The notes beneath the pieces are model-generated. The model searched no databases, was not told the origin of the DNA, and saw nothing but the letters and a program-made list of their open reading frames with translations. The position numbers and the translations under genes were made by a program. DNA of 64,000 bases from Octopus sinensis (lineage: Eukaryota), in NCBI RefSeq assembly GCF_006345805.1, contig NC_043018.1, positions 2,852,001 to 2,916,000 of the forward strand. The letters run 5' to 3'. Shown here one piece after another: positions 50,179 to 64,000 of the stretch (its first letter is position 1; the number at the start of each line of letters is the position of its first letter).

Positions 50179-51229
50179 TGTATGTATGTATGTATATGTA
50201 TGTATGTGTGTGTGTTACGTGTGCAGAATTCAAGCAGCGATAAAGTATTCCCTTTATTATAATACAGTAAATTACATAATTATGTGATATCTATAATTCA
50301 TGATTTTAAAATAAAGCACTAAGTAAATAACGACTTATTCTGCTCTCATGCACATATTGTCAAAAGATTTTTAGAGGACAAACAATGTATAATACCTGAT
50401 TGGAATTTGTACATACATGGATTTACATCGAGATTTAGACATCGGTAAACTCATCTAAAATCGCAACCCTTATGTAGATATGGGTGCGTGTAAGTGAGAG
50501 AGAGGAAGAGAGAGAGAACAGAGAGGGAGAAAGACTCTGTGTGTGTGTATTCACAAACATACACATATATGTATATATTAATATAAAGTATCAATTCGCT
50601 ACAAAGTTTATCTCTGTAATACAATAGAAAACAGCATATACGCCATGGACACACGGGTGGAGAAGGAATTTGAATGGTACGAAATCAATAACAATAAGGA
50701 ATGAATTACATTGAAGCGATTTTCTTTTAATAATTGGCACCGACACAACTATTCCAAAATTCGATATTATACAATATATTTCAAACGGTGGTCGTTAGGA
50801 AAAATGATTTCACCACTCTGTCTGTTATGGTCTGTACTCAGTAGTAGATTCTTCCTTGTTAGACGGGTAGATGTCGAGGAAGCTGGCAAAATAAACTTAT
50901 TTATGTTTATGTGCACCGGATGTTATTTTTCATATGACCTGTTGCCCTTGTTTATTTGTCCATATATCCACTATTATTTCCTATCACATACATTCACAGA
51001 ACGCACTTCTTAACATGCTGCTATTCAAATCCGACATTTTCTCTCTCGTTTATTTTCTCTCTTCTCTGCCTCTCTCTCTCTTTGTCTTTCTTTCTCTATA
51101 TATATCTTTCTCCTACCTTGTCTAAAGAATGACAAATGTCTGAATTTGGAAACACAAACACATACATTGGTACATGAGTATGTTTCTTTGCGATTATCAA
51201 CAGGCATTATCTCCTAACACCAGTGACCA

Positions 51230-51281
<52 letters not shown>

Positions 51282-51286
51282 CTATC

Positions 51287-51325
<39 letters not shown>

Positions 51326-51326
51326 G

Positions 51327-51367
<41 letters not shown>

Positions 51368-51485
51368 TCTATCTATCTATCTATCTATCTATTTAACTAT
51401 CTATCTATCTATCTATCATCTATCTATCTATCATCTATCTATCTATCTATTTATCTATCTATCTATATATATATATATATACCCC

Positions 51486-51538
<53 letters not shown>

Positions 51539-51829
51539 TATGTGTGTGTGTGTATTTATATATATACATATTTATAAATATATACGTATATACAGTCACA
51601 GACATACACATGCGTATATATGCTCACAAGAGCACAACCATTCAATCACGCGGCATAGCAAGTACAAACTGCAGAAACTAGAGTCCGTATACGCAGTCGC
51701 GTGTGATTATTTCGTTGAAACTGATAATTGAATTTGACCTCTCTACACTCATCTTCACACTTTGATAGAAGATGTGCATCTACTTGCATGTGTGGCTTGG
51801 GTGTGCGTGTCTATAACAAACATACACAC

Positions 51830-51873
<44 letters not shown>

Positions 51874-52023
51874 TATATATATATAATATATATGTATGTC
51901 TAAATATATATATATATATATGTGTGTATGTATGTATATATATGTGTATATATAATATATATATACATATGTATATATATACATATATATGTATGTCTAA
52001 ATATATATGTGTGTATGTATATA

Positions 52024-52067
<44 letters not shown>

Positions 52068-52068
52068 A

Positions 52069-52100
<32 letters not shown>

Positions 52101-52121
52101 CTATATATATATATATATATC

Positions 52122-52180
<59 letters not shown>

Positions 52181-53199
52181 GATGTTTTCATTCACACAGA
52201 GTATAGATATGAACAGCTCTCCGTATAGATGTTTCATTTCTATTTCTCGTTATTTGGCATGGAGTCCATTACATTTGATACGCAACGCTTTTTATATACG
52301 AAATGAAATTCATTTGGCTCTAAACCAAAGTCTTTGCGTTAACGAAGCTTTGTTGATTTGATATCTATTGCTCCACACACACACCGTTGTTGCATTCATT
52401 CCCAAAATTACTGAATGATATTCCATGTCTTATTATCTGTAAAAATGATGGCGGCATTTGGTTGCATAATGGCGAATTTCTCTCTAATTTGATTGATGCT
52501 GGAGAATCATGTTGAAAATTCAGTGATTTCCTTTAAATATGATATGCACATAACTGTTGAAATCGTTTATATGGCTCTTTCAGTTCATATAGATTGGTTT
52601 GGCTAGCATTACTGGCGCATTTGCTTTTAATACATTCCGGGTAGTTTGGAAAGTGGGTGTGAGTAGTCTATTTCGTTTGATTTCTTTTGTTCATTTATAT
52701 TTCCTTTCCTCCACAAGTTACGAAGATTTAACAATCTGATTCTGAAATATGTTCAACACTTGACTCTGCCTATTTGTGTGAGGGTCGGTAGTTTCTGCAA
52801 AAGGAGATAAAATTTTATTTCATAATAGAAAAATTGCAGTGAAATGGCAAAATCGGGGGAACAACGGAGAAAATATACATTGCAATATATTCCGACCTTT
52901 CGTATTCCAATTTCAAATGCCTGCCGTGTTTAAAATTGCCTTTCTTTTCTTCCATAATCGAAAAATTTACTATATTCATGGCAGGTTGACGAATGACGTA
53001 AATTCTTTAGAGTATCGTAAGAGAGACATTTCGTTATATTTGCGGTGTAAATACGTTCTGGATTCTTAATCTATATCCTATCAAAGGTATGCTCGTTGTA
53101 ATGGAAAATGAAGAATTTGTCACCTGGATAATATTAATTGGTCAGCACCATCAGAGAGAGATGTGCGTAGGTTTGAGAAAAATCTCTGTCATACCGATT

Positions 53200-53252
<53 letters not shown>

Positions 53253-54617
53253 TAGTGAGTGAGTGACAAACAGTGGTAGAGAGAAAGAAAGTTGAATCAG
53301 CAATGTTTTTTAAAAACGTCTATCAGGAGAGAAAACTTACACGGGGTCTCTGGGAAAAGAGATAAAGGTATCATCAAATGGAACGCCTGGCCTGAATGCA
53401 TGCAACAGGTGTGTCCTTGCAAAAGGCAACTAAATTGTCTCATGGTTGCGTTAAACATGGTGACAGATTAAGTCTGCCATGAAATTAGGCCGCGGCCGAA
53501 TCTGAAACCAGAATGCAAACTGCTTGGATTAATACTGCAAAGGTTTTCCGGTCTTTCGTTCTAACAGTGCCGCCATTCTAACAGTAGCTATCGGTTCTTT
53601 GTTTTATCGACACTGAAAGAATGAAGGGCCAATTACCCTAGAAGGAAGCAACGAGCATCGGGAAAAACACCACGAGGTATCATTCTACCTGACGGTTAAG
53701 AACCTTAATTGCGAGATGTAAGAAAGATATAAATAAAAAGGAATGCCTTTTTATTATTTACTTACTTTTTATTTATATCTTTCAGACTAGCTGGACCAAC
53801 GCCCACGCACTTTCGAAACATCTGGGGTTGGTTGCGAATATGGAGGAAGCGAAAGTATATGCTGATTTATCTCCCAAGGGGTATGCATTGTTCATCCGAA
53901 TCAGTACTGAAGCGTATTATACTAATAACATTCAAAATCCAGGTGGCGTTAAGTTTAAACTCTGCAACGGATTTATTCTTTATCCCACCCGCTTGCTGTG
54001 CAATCCATTTGACTTTAGCTGCGGTTTGAAATGTCGTTCTCATCTCAGTGTTATCCATGGCTTAATTCTTCCTAGCATAACATAAGCTATTATAGAATTA
54101 TAAATGATAGATATGCCATTCTCGAACTACTAAATATATTATTATGAACAGGACATGCCAGAATCGGGAAATAGCACAAGCTTTGCAGGGTATTAATTCA
54201 GCATTAATTTATTTTCTATATCATAATAATATTCCTGCATAGGATTTTTATATATTTTTACCTGTCATATACAGTATATTTATGTTTCTCTTATGTTTCC
54301 TCATGTTTCACATCTAATATATTATATGATATATTTTCTTCAGCGTTCGCCAAATCAGAGATAGTTATGAAGAAAGAAAACACATCTTTCAACAAATTAT
54401 ATTAAACTACAGGTTTCCTGTTGCTAAACCCATGTAATATAAAGCAATCACATAAAATATGTTAATTTACGATGATGGCTATAAACGAAGGCAAAAAAAA
54501 AAAAACAGAAGCAAATGAATTAAAAGCCAGTGATATTGTTTATTTGTTTTTTTTTTTTTTTGTTGTCATTTCTATAGACTTCTATGTTTCGTTTTAAACA
54601 TTTGCTTTTATTTTTCC

Positions 54618-54641
54618 GATAATAATAATAATAATAATAAC

Positions 54642-54697
<56 letters not shown>

Positions 54698-54803
54698 TGA
54701 TGATGATAATAATAATAATAAAAATGATAGGAAAAAGAAGAAGAAGAAAAGCAAGAACAAGAATTATTTATCATCATGATTATGATTATTATTATTATTA
54801 TTA

Positions 54804-54836
<33 letters not shown>

Positions 54837-54838
54837 GA
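54618..54838. repeat. (AAT)n followed by the inverted (ATT)n array
   Basis: Direct reading. Confidence 0.9.
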
Positions 54839-54945
54839 TATGTACTTAAATGAGTAAATTTCAACTGAGCTAAATTTATTGCCTAATATTAATTTATCTT
54901 TGAAATATTTTATTGTGGATAACTTCCGTATTGAACAGAATATAT

Positions 54946-54982
<37 letters not shown>

Positions 54983-55532
54983 TAAGTAGCTCCGTGCGTG
55001 TCTGTGTGCTTAGATTTGTGCATGTGCTGCCCTCATCTTTAATGGCATACAGAATAACTTCCACAGGAATACAGGCGCACACACATAAACAAGAGCTAAA
55101 CTAAACCTCGCAGAATTACACACACACAAGCACGAACGAATATAAATCAAAACGCGTTCGCATACATGCATACACACACACATAAATATGTATGTATATA
55201 TATATATACAATTGCGTGTGCCTGAGAAAGAGTGTGTGTTCATGTGTGTGTGTATGTGTGTGTGTTGTGTGTGTGCGTACACTGAACCACATCCGACACA
55301 CAGACACGCCACATGCAATACAGATCGGAAAGTCACTGGTATGCATCTAGTCAAGTTGTAGCCGAAATTATTCCTATAAATTGAAAGAGGCGACAGAGTG
55401 CATCAAACTAATTTGAACATATGTGAGTGTGAGAGAGTGGGTGTATATATATATGTGTGTGTGTTTGTGTGTACGTATGTACATATATATGTATGTATGT
55501 ATATATTTATACACATAAATATGAATGTACAC

Positions 55533-55582
<50 letters not shown>

Positions 55583-55659
55583 TATACACATATATATATA
55601 CACCGGAGTAAGCACATGAATGTGAAAGAAGGTGGAATACCAGACGTAGAGTAATATGC

Positions 55660-55804
55660 TTTATTTAAAAGCAGAAAAAAATCAGAAAAACTGTTACTCA
55701 GACTTTCACGTTCCCGTTCGTCGGACAGTTAAGTCTGTCCGACGAAAGGGAAAGCGAATCATTGAGTAACAGTTTTTGCGATATTTCTGCTGCTTTTAAA
55801 TAAA
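55660..55804. repeat. 145-bp palindrome (6-nt spacer) of back-to-back hammerhead-like units; third degenerate copy at about 55866-55955
   Basis: Arms tttatttaaaagcag..aaaaactgttactca..ttcgtcggacag / ctgtccgacgaa..tgagtaacagttttt..ctgcttttaaataaa. The minus-strand motif at 55691-55728 is CUGU-CCGACGA-ACG ggaa CGU-GAAA-GUCUGAG-UA-ACAG. Confidence 0.8.
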
Positions 55805-55824
55805 CACACACACACACACACACA

Positions 55825-55866
<42 letters not shown>

Positions 55867-55981
55867 TCTAAAGGACAATGTACGACGAACTGGAACGAGA
55901 AAATCTGAGTAGCAGATTTTGTGGTACTTTTGCTGCTTCTACATGAATAAAGTATATATATATATATATATATTATATATA

Positions 55982-56014
<33 letters not shown>

Positions 56015-56064
56015 AGTGTAGTACTATATATTATATATTAATATATATATGTATTATGTATGAT

Positions 56065-56237
56065 CCTTTTACTTATCTCTAATTCCAGTCATGAGACTGT
56101 GGCCATACTGGGACACAATTTTAGTCGAATGGATCGACCCCAGTCCTCAAAAACCAGTTACTTATTCTATCGCATACTTAAACAGTCCGCAACGGTTATC
56201 AAACAAAATGAAGGGAAAATACACAAAGACAAAGACT

Positions 56238-56274
<37 letters not shown>

Positions 56275-56455
56275 GTATACATACAGATACATGCGAAGCT
56301 CTTCCTTCAGTTTCCGTCTACCAAATCCAGTCACAAGGCTTCGATACGCCATAGATTTTAGTAGAAAGCACTCACACTAGGTGCCTCGCAGTGCGACTGA
56401 ACCCAGAGCCATATGTCTTGGAAACAGCTTCTAACCACACAGCAATGTATGCACC
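56065..56455 (-). mobile_element. Older copy of the SINE family at 62676-63095
   Basis: Collinear similarity including ttcagtttccgtctaccaaatcca.tcacaaggc. Confidence 0.7.
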
Positions 56456-56575
56456 TTCTTACCAGGCAGCCACTGCTGTATCTACACACACAGCCACACA
56501 TAAACACTTACAATATATAATATATATATATATATATAATATAATATATATATTATATATATATATATATATACG

Positions 56576-56604
56576 TATGATCTATGCCATAATTTCAGCA
56601 GGTG

Positions 56605-56652
<48 letters not shown>

Positions 56653-56747
56653 GATCTATGGCATAAATTTCAGCAGGTGGTGTATATATATATATATATA
56701 TATATATTATTATATACATATGATCTATGGCATAAATTTCAGCAGGC

Positions 56748-56806
<59 letters not shown>

Positions 56807-56850
56807 TTTTATACATATGATCTATGGCATAAATTTCAGCAGGCGGTGTA
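56576..56850. repeat. Four copies of a ~33-bp core separated by variable (TA)n
   Basis: atgatctatggcataaatttcagcagg(t/c)ggtgta at about 56577, 56651, 56720 and 56817. Confidence 0.9.
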
Positions 56851-57362
56851 TATATATACATATATATAATATATATTATATATATATATACACTCACACC
56901 ACACATTTATATATATATTTAAATTAGAATAAAAAATACACAGATGCACACTGACATATGCATCACACGCACTCACACACACGAACCAACAAGCAAACAT
57001 ACACAGTTAGGGGCGCGTGCATAAACTGCACACAGACTATTTATAAAATGCAGTCTCCGTTTCTGACCGTCTGAAGTTCAATTCCCTGTTGGGGATAATT
57101 TCATTTTTTTTTTCTTTTCATCATTTATTCGATTATCAGTTTTGTTGAATTAATTAACATTCTTACTCGTAGGTCAATTCCATTTGATCTATTTAACCCT
57201 ATTACAGAAATACAGCTTTTGAGCTTTGTGAAAGAAATAACATAATGTCGATTGAATATTGTTGCTATTTTTGACAAAACTGGAGTGCTGTCTTATTACT
57301 ATACGAGTTTAATATTTACTATCCTCAGATATGCAAGTTATCTGCTAAATAGCCTTTTCTAT

Positions 57363-57785
57363 TCTAGGCACAAGACCCCCCTCCACCCTTACTATTCTTT
57401 TCTACTCTAGGCACAAGGACCGACATTTGGGGGGAGGAGGACAGTCGATTAGCTCGACCCAGTACACAACTGGTACTTAATTTATCGACCCCGAAAGAAT
57501 GAAAGGTAAAGTCAACCTCGGCAGCATTTGAACTCAAAACGTAAAGACAGACGAAATACATATTTCTATTCTTTTACTACACACAAGGGGCCTAACACAG
57601 AGAGGACAAACAAGGACAGACAAAAGGATTAAGTCGATTACATCGACCCCAAGGTACTTAATTTATCGGCCCCGAAAGGATGAAAGGCAAAGTCGACCTT
57701 GGTGGAATTTGAACGTAACGGCAGACGAAATTCGGCTACACATTTCGCCCGGCGTGCTAAAGTTTCTACCTGCACGCCGCCTTTT
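57363..57785 (-). mobile_element. Two adjacent SINE copies (family of 38818-39030)
   Basis: The motif acttaatttatcg.ccccgaaag.atgaaagg.aaagtc.acct occurs twice. Confidence 0.75.
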
Positions 57786-58559
57786 TATCTCTTACATATA
57801 GATAACGAAATTAGCATCGCATGTACCGATATACCCGCGTAATGCGTTCGAGGAAATCCTGTTGTAATGCAGAATTTTGGAAAATAAAACTCAGTATATG
57901 ATATTTATGTTTAATGCCATCCATGTGACATGAAAGTCGAAGAGAATATAGATTTCACATTACGGAAATGTTATTTACGGCAACATTTACAGCACCACTT
58001 ATTTCTTTTAAAATATATCGGTTTTTGTCTATATTAATAATAGTTAATTAGAGTAAGTAAAATTACTGAGTTTAATTACAGGTCTGGTACGAAACCATTC
58101 TGAAAATCACATATTCACTTGGACTTAATGCGAAACATGTTACAAAAGGGATGTATTAAGTCTTATGTGGCCTTTCATACATAAATAAGGCGTGAGTGGG
58201 TATTTACATATAAATATATACTCGCGTGAGAGAAAGAGAAAGAGAGAGAGAGGGGGGATCAAAGTAAGAAAGAGAGAGAGAGTGAGATAGAGTACGTACG
58301 TTATACATATGCAGGAGCAGAAAATCTCTTTTTATCTAGCGCACAATTATTTGAAAAGAATGTATTAAATACATTCAAAACAACATTATTGGTTTGACTT
58401 CCTTATACGTTGTGCCACACCATATTATAACAAGTTAGCCAATACTTATACAGCTATTATAACTAAGTTTTGGAATCGTTGGTGCGAACTGAATTACTTC
58501 AACAAGTTGATACATTGTAATGTATCAGATACATACATATACCGAAAGAAATTAACGTA

Positions 58560-58780
58560 GAAAAACCCCACAACTTTCAAACGGTACCTGGACAAATTCC
58601 TCCAGAAAATACCAAATAAACCTTCTACACCTGGATATGAATCAACCTACAACTCTCTGCGTGAGTGGTCAATGGTGTTCCGAAATAATTAACTAAAAGA
58701 CCTTTCCAGGTGATGCTATTGAGTTAGTCATGTCCTGGGCCGATAATGGACGAAACCAATGTAAGTTATCTAAGTTATTA
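58560..58780 (+). mobile_element. CR1/L2-like LINE 3' end related to 3745-4080
   Basis: LDKFLQKIPNKPSTPGYESTYNSLREWS followed by the same cct.tc.aggtg.t.ctatt.agttag.catg.cctg..cc..gg.cgaaac motif. Confidence 0.55.
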
Positions 58781-59120
58781 TATATGATAATCACATACAT
58801 GTAAGTACATACAGATGGATCAGAAAGATTTTGTACAACCAGGTACCTATGCCGTCGCCAGATCTCCTCTGTTGCCAAGTAAGGAGATATTTCACCGAGT
58901 CCGGTTATGGTTACATGGAGTATAGAAAACTAAGAACAGTTCATGTATAACAGTGATACTCACAATTCCCGATGTCAAGTTGAGGGAATACAAAACAAGT
59001 ACACGCGCACACACATATTGACACATATGTTTTCATTGTATATATACATACACATATGCATACGTGTATACGTATTTATGTGTGTGCGTGTGCGCGTGTG
59101 CATATATGAAGTTTTATATA

Positions 59121-59161
<41 letters not shown>

Positions 59162-59324
59162 ATAGATAGACAGATAGATAGATAGATACATAGATAGATA
59201 GGTAGATAGATGATAATAGATAGATAGATAGATAGATAGAAAGGCAGATAGATAGATAGATAGGTATTATATATATATACATACATATATATATTATATA
59301 TATATATATATATATTATATATAC

Positions 59325-59493
59325 ATATGTATATATACAACGATGCATCTATACATAACTATCTATCTGTCCATCTACATATATACGTATATATATATAT
59401 TATATATATATATATATAACATATATACTACATATGTATATATACAACGATGCATCTATACATAACTATCTATCTGTCCATCTACATATATAC

Positions 59494-59505
<12 letters not shown>
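59325..59505. repeat. Local tandem duplication, period about 107 bp
   Basis: tatacaacgatgcatctatacataactatctatctgtccatctacatatatacgtat occurs twice. Confidence 0.85.
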
Positions 59506-59539
<34 letters not shown>

Positions 59540-59617
59540 ATAGAAGAAATAAGTAAAACCATCCAGAAAAAATCTGGATGGTTTTACATTTACGAGTTTT
59601 TATTAATATGTCTCATG

Positions 59618-60297
59618 TTTTATAAATCATATCTAGCATTTGCATCTACTCTAGTAGAATCTTCAGATTTTATTTTTTGAGGGGATTCGTCTCTTTTTAT
59701 AGTATTATTAATTGTTTAAGGGTGGAGAGAGATATTGGATAGTAAAAGAGGGTGAGGGATGGGAAGAAAGTGAGAGAGGGTGTGTGTGTTTTTGTGGGTG
59801 TGTGTATGTGTGTGTGTGTTTGTGTCTGTGTATCTGAAAGGCGTGTCAATGGAAAAGAAAAGGAAAGAAAGAAGGAAGAGAGAAAGAAGAAACAGAATGT
59901 GTTTACATTTATACAGCTGGTCACCTATTTCAATAAAAAGGGATGAGTTGATTCTTGGAATAATTTTCTATTGAAAGAACTGACCAGTTATATAGATGTA
60001 AACACATTCTGTTTTTTCTTTCTCTCTTCCTGTTTTTCTTTCCTTCTCTTTCCATTGACACCCCTTTCAGATACACAGGCACAAACGTACACATCCACAT
60101 ATACAGATACACACACACACAAAACACACACACCCTCTCTCACTTTCTTCCTATTCCTCACCCTCTTTTACTATCCTATAGCTCTCTCCACCCCTACACA
60201 CTCAATCATACTATAAAAAGAGACGAATCCCCTCAAAAGATTCAAATGTGAAGATTCTACTAGAGTAGATGCAAGTGCTGATATATGATTTATAAAA
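59618..60297. repeat. 680-bp fold-back (arms about 320 bp, spacer about 25-30 bp)
   Basis: The arms are collinear reverse complements, including internal (TG)n and purine tracts. Identity is roughly 85% by eye. Confidence 0.9.
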
Positions 60298-61111
60298 TCT
60301 CTGATTATCTCTCACTACCAGCGTAACCTATCTGTAACATATTGCATATTATTATACATACGTTAAGATTATATAAGCGGTAAAAATCAGAATGAACTTT
60401 CAAACACAAGCGGAGAAAAGAGCAACTGTAACAGCAAGAAAATACTAACGCTGTTGGATAATCTAGAAAACGTTAAACTGTTTCATTAAGTATCATAAGA
60501 CAAATACAGATATAACCGCAACGACTCCAGCCTGTGTAATGGAGAATGATTTAGAAAGCAAACCTTATAACGTGGGAAAATTAAATAGCTTCAAACGTTT
60601 AAGTGTTACTCACAAAAATGTATATATATATATACATAGACACATAGCGTATTATATATTTTGATATATCTATGTATGTGTGTGTATACATGCATACATA
60701 TATGCACATATATATATGTGTATGTATGTAAGTGTCTGTCCTTATATATATGTTAGTTTGTCTCTGTGTGTACCGATGCGCACGTGTGAGTAACCGAGAA
60801 TCAGGTTAAAAGTAATAGGTGATTTCCAATGCTATCAAATTCCGTGATTATCTTATTTCAATTTGTGATGTTCGCTGAAAAGTAAAATCGAGTTGGCTCT
60901 GATCATATTTATCAAGGGTACAATAAAGTTTTCGAGTTTATGTTGAAGCAAATTTAATACATTTTTCGTCGCTAAAGTTATTTAGAGAAGCAATGAATGT
61001 CATAACGTCAACGTTTTGCTCTCACTTCGACAAATATAATACCACCATAACACAAATTCATTCAGACACCTCAAACTTGATAATTTCAATCCTGATGGAT
61101 AGCGTGTCGAA

Positions 61112-61137
61112 GATTATTATTATCATCATCATCATCA

Positions 61138-61168
<31 letters not shown>

Positions 61169-61183
61169 AATTATTACTATTAC

Positions 61184-61241
<58 letters not shown>

Positions 61242-61290
61242 GCCATCATCATCATCATCATCACCATAATCATGATTATTATCACTACTT

Positions 61291-61333
<43 letters not shown>

Positions 61334-61382
61334 ACTACTACTACTACTACTACTACTAATACTATTATTATTATTATTATTA
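61112..61382. repeat. (ATT)n-(ATC)n-(ACT)n compound array
   Basis: Direct reading. Confidence 0.95.
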
Positions 61383-61972
61383 TTCAGTAGTTTTATTTTT
61401 ATAGCGTGCTTTCACTTCACTACCGAGCGCAGCTCTGTGTGCCTTGGGTATGTGCTGTGATTTGTTGTGTCCATTTATGCCTTTTTGGTTTTATTTGAGG
61501 GACATGAGGATCAACGTCCGGCCCATTATTTTGATGGTTGTCATTTTCGTAGGGTACCGGTCCGATCATTTCTGTTGTCACATTGTTTCCCATGTGTAGC
61601 TTTTCGTATTTTTTGTGCACCAAGTTTAAAGTACGCACTTCCCGATTGTTATTCTTGGGTTGAATAGTACCGGTATTAATTTATTCGTATTTTTTTTTGT
61701 ACATGGTGTTTGGAGCCGGAGACGACCGGGTGTTGGTGGATCGTAATGTATCAAGCATGTTTACATGTGCTGTGTTAGAGGTGGAGATGATATCGAGTTA
61801 AAATACATCATTTCGTATGGAAAATAGCAATAAATTTCAATGAGTATTACTTACTCGGATATAGTCCAATCCTTTGTCAATTACTTTTGGCTCCATGAGA
61901 TGTCATTGTTTCCGAAGTTTGTGGATATACTTTCGGTGTACTGTTTTCGCTTGTGGATAGATTTCGGAGCAC

Positions 61973-62240
<268 letters not shown>

Positions 62241-62675
62241 TCATATATTAATTTACATTTGTTATCGTTAGGCGAGTGCATCCGATTTCCAGTCCCAGCC
62301 ACAACATCGCTAAAGTACCGTTGAAATAAATGAACGTAATAACAATCGCTAGTCGTGCAAAACACACCATAAACGTCAAATTACCTTTGCTTTCTAAATG
62401 ATCGGTGATTTGTCAGAAAACCAGTCACATGATCACCAATCACATCATATTCTCTCACGACATGACAGACAACATTAATGCTATTGTCTTAGGAATCATT
62501 TTCAGACGAGAGAAAGAGAGTGGTTGCGTTACTTTTCATCATAATTCTGTACAACTCTGTTTCGACTGAAACTAAACAAGTGGTCAGCGATGCGCTAAAC
62601 ATATCAGTCGCATTCCTGACAATCGCAACGTGAGTTCTTGTGACATGGAAGTACACATTGAATGCTATCACCCAA

Positions 62676-63095
62676 TACTCTTTACTCTTTTACTCTTTTA
62701 CTTGTTTCAGTCATTTGACTGCGGCCATGCTGGAGCACCGCCTTTAGTCGAGCAAATCGACCCCGGGACTTATTCTTTGTAAGCCCAGTACTTATTCTGT
62801 CGGTCTCTTTTGCCGAACCGCTAAGTGACGGGGACGTAAACACACCAGCATCGGTTGTCAAGCAATGCTAGGGGGACAAACACAGACACACAAACACACA
62901 CACACATACATATATATATATACATATATACGACAGGCTTCTTTCAGTTTCCGTCTACCAAATCCACTCACAAGGCATTGGTCGGCCCGGGGCTATAGCA
63001 GAAGACACTTGCGCAAGATGCCACGCAGTGGGACTGAACCCGGAACCATGTTGTTGGTTAGCAAGCTACTTACCACACAGCCACTCCTGCGCCTA
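62676..63095 (-). mobile_element. Well-preserved ~420-bp tRNA-derived SINE with a (TAAAAGAG)n tail
   Basis: Minus head GGCGCAGGAGTGGCTGTGTGGTAAG..GGGTTCAGTCCC, an internal (TA)/(TG) linker, and a 3' end GAAACAAGTAAAAGAGTAAAAGAG. Confidence 0.85.
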
Positions 63096-63229
63096 TACAT
63101 TATTTTCAGAGGAGAGAAAGAACATGGTTGGGTTATTTTTTGCCCTGATTCTGGACAATTCGGTTCCAACTAAACAAGGACTCCTCAACTTAAGAAAAAA
63201 AAAATGACATTCACATGTCCATCACCCAC

Positions 63230-63760
63230 ACAGCACTCTCTTTAGATCTGAGAGGTCACATTCAATGCTGGTGTAAAAAAATAGGATAAAAGGAGAGAAC
63301 ATGCGCGGTTGAATTACCTTCGATCATAATCCATTACAATTAGGATTTGAAAGAAGTATACTTACTGATATCAGGTATAAAAGCGATCTCTGTGGCCAGT
63401 GGATTTACTGTAACCAGCGGCTATATTTTACACTAATCTTAACTCAAATTGGAAAGAAATATCATCATCGATTGGATCATTTGGTCAGGAATATATTATA
63501 CATTCCATAGACAAAATCGGCGTGATAGTCATGGTGGGAATTTACATGATGATACATATGCTCCATTGTGGGCTGTTTCAGGCAGAACCGAAAGAATAGC
63601 AAAAAGAATTAGTGGTTCATGACACTACCTAATGATACGTCCAAGTGAAGTCAGTCAAATCGCTAGACACAGCAGCTAATACTTCCTCAATTATCACCAT
63701 AAGGTTCTCAAAATACGTGATCAGAGCGGATATATTGCTGAGCTGAATGAGATGGGATTC
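63230..63760 (-). pseudogene. Possible very old LINE endonuclease remnant
   Basis: Only WIMIEGNSTAH (compare GDFNAH) and CKFPP (compare YRPP) are suggestive. Many stops. Confidence 0.2.
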
Positions 63761-63813
63761 CATTGATTAGAACATCACACACACTAGAACAACCGCCACA
63801 CACTCACGTGTGT

Positions 63814-63845
<32 letters not shown>

Positions 63846-64000
63846 TGTGTGTGTGTTTGTGTGTGGTGTGTGTTCTGGTGTGTTTGTGTCTTTGTATATG
63901 CGTACATGAAATGATGATCTTTTTACACTCAGTGCATTGTATGATTTAAAGTCAGTAGAATCCATCTAATTTTGCTTCTATTTTATTGCAATATTACATA

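Noticed and set aside
53786-53880. Candidate plus-strand exon (good acceptor, GTATGC donor)
   Set aside because: Two frames are open and no homology is recognised. The phase that would join the 47636 exon hits an immediate stop. Unresolved without RNA data.
56576-56850. CRISPR array
   Set aside because: The spacers are (TA)n rather than unique sequence, there are no cas genes, and the context is eukaryotic.

Overview
Eukaryotic, AT-rich, microsatellite-dense DNA with no host gene I can identify. The SINE and microsatellite make-up resembles octopus (coleoid cephalopod) DNA, but that assignment is inference. The largest features are two full-length, frameshifted L1-clade/Tx1-like non-LTR retrotransposons on the minus strand (about 11360-17586 and 23112-29325). 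A 160-bp 3' fragment of a relative lies at 22768-22927. All three sit in (GATA)n arrays with an identical 3' junction, which suggests a (GATA)n-targeting element. The second theme is a set of short non-coding elements, most flanked by (TA)n, that carry minimal type I hammerhead-ribozyme motifs with palindromic (dimer-type) stem III, in five unrelated sequence families. They include a retrozyme-like 360-nt monomer with a 93-bp terminal redundancy (368-820), two spacer-poor palindromes with back-to-back hammerheads (5009-5204, 55660-55804), and a tRNA-headed element with a hammerhead tail plus an inverted partial copy (19640-20040). A dispersed family occurs at 9601-9754 and 35002-35190, and a 680-bp fold-back of the same polarity lies at 59618-60297. 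The rest is decayed mariner, CR1-like and RTE-like remnants, MITEs, tRNA-derived SINEs, compound micro/minisatellites, one 100-N gap and one candidate 60-bp exon. All structures were read by eye. No folding, alignment or database search was run, and literature is recalled from memory.
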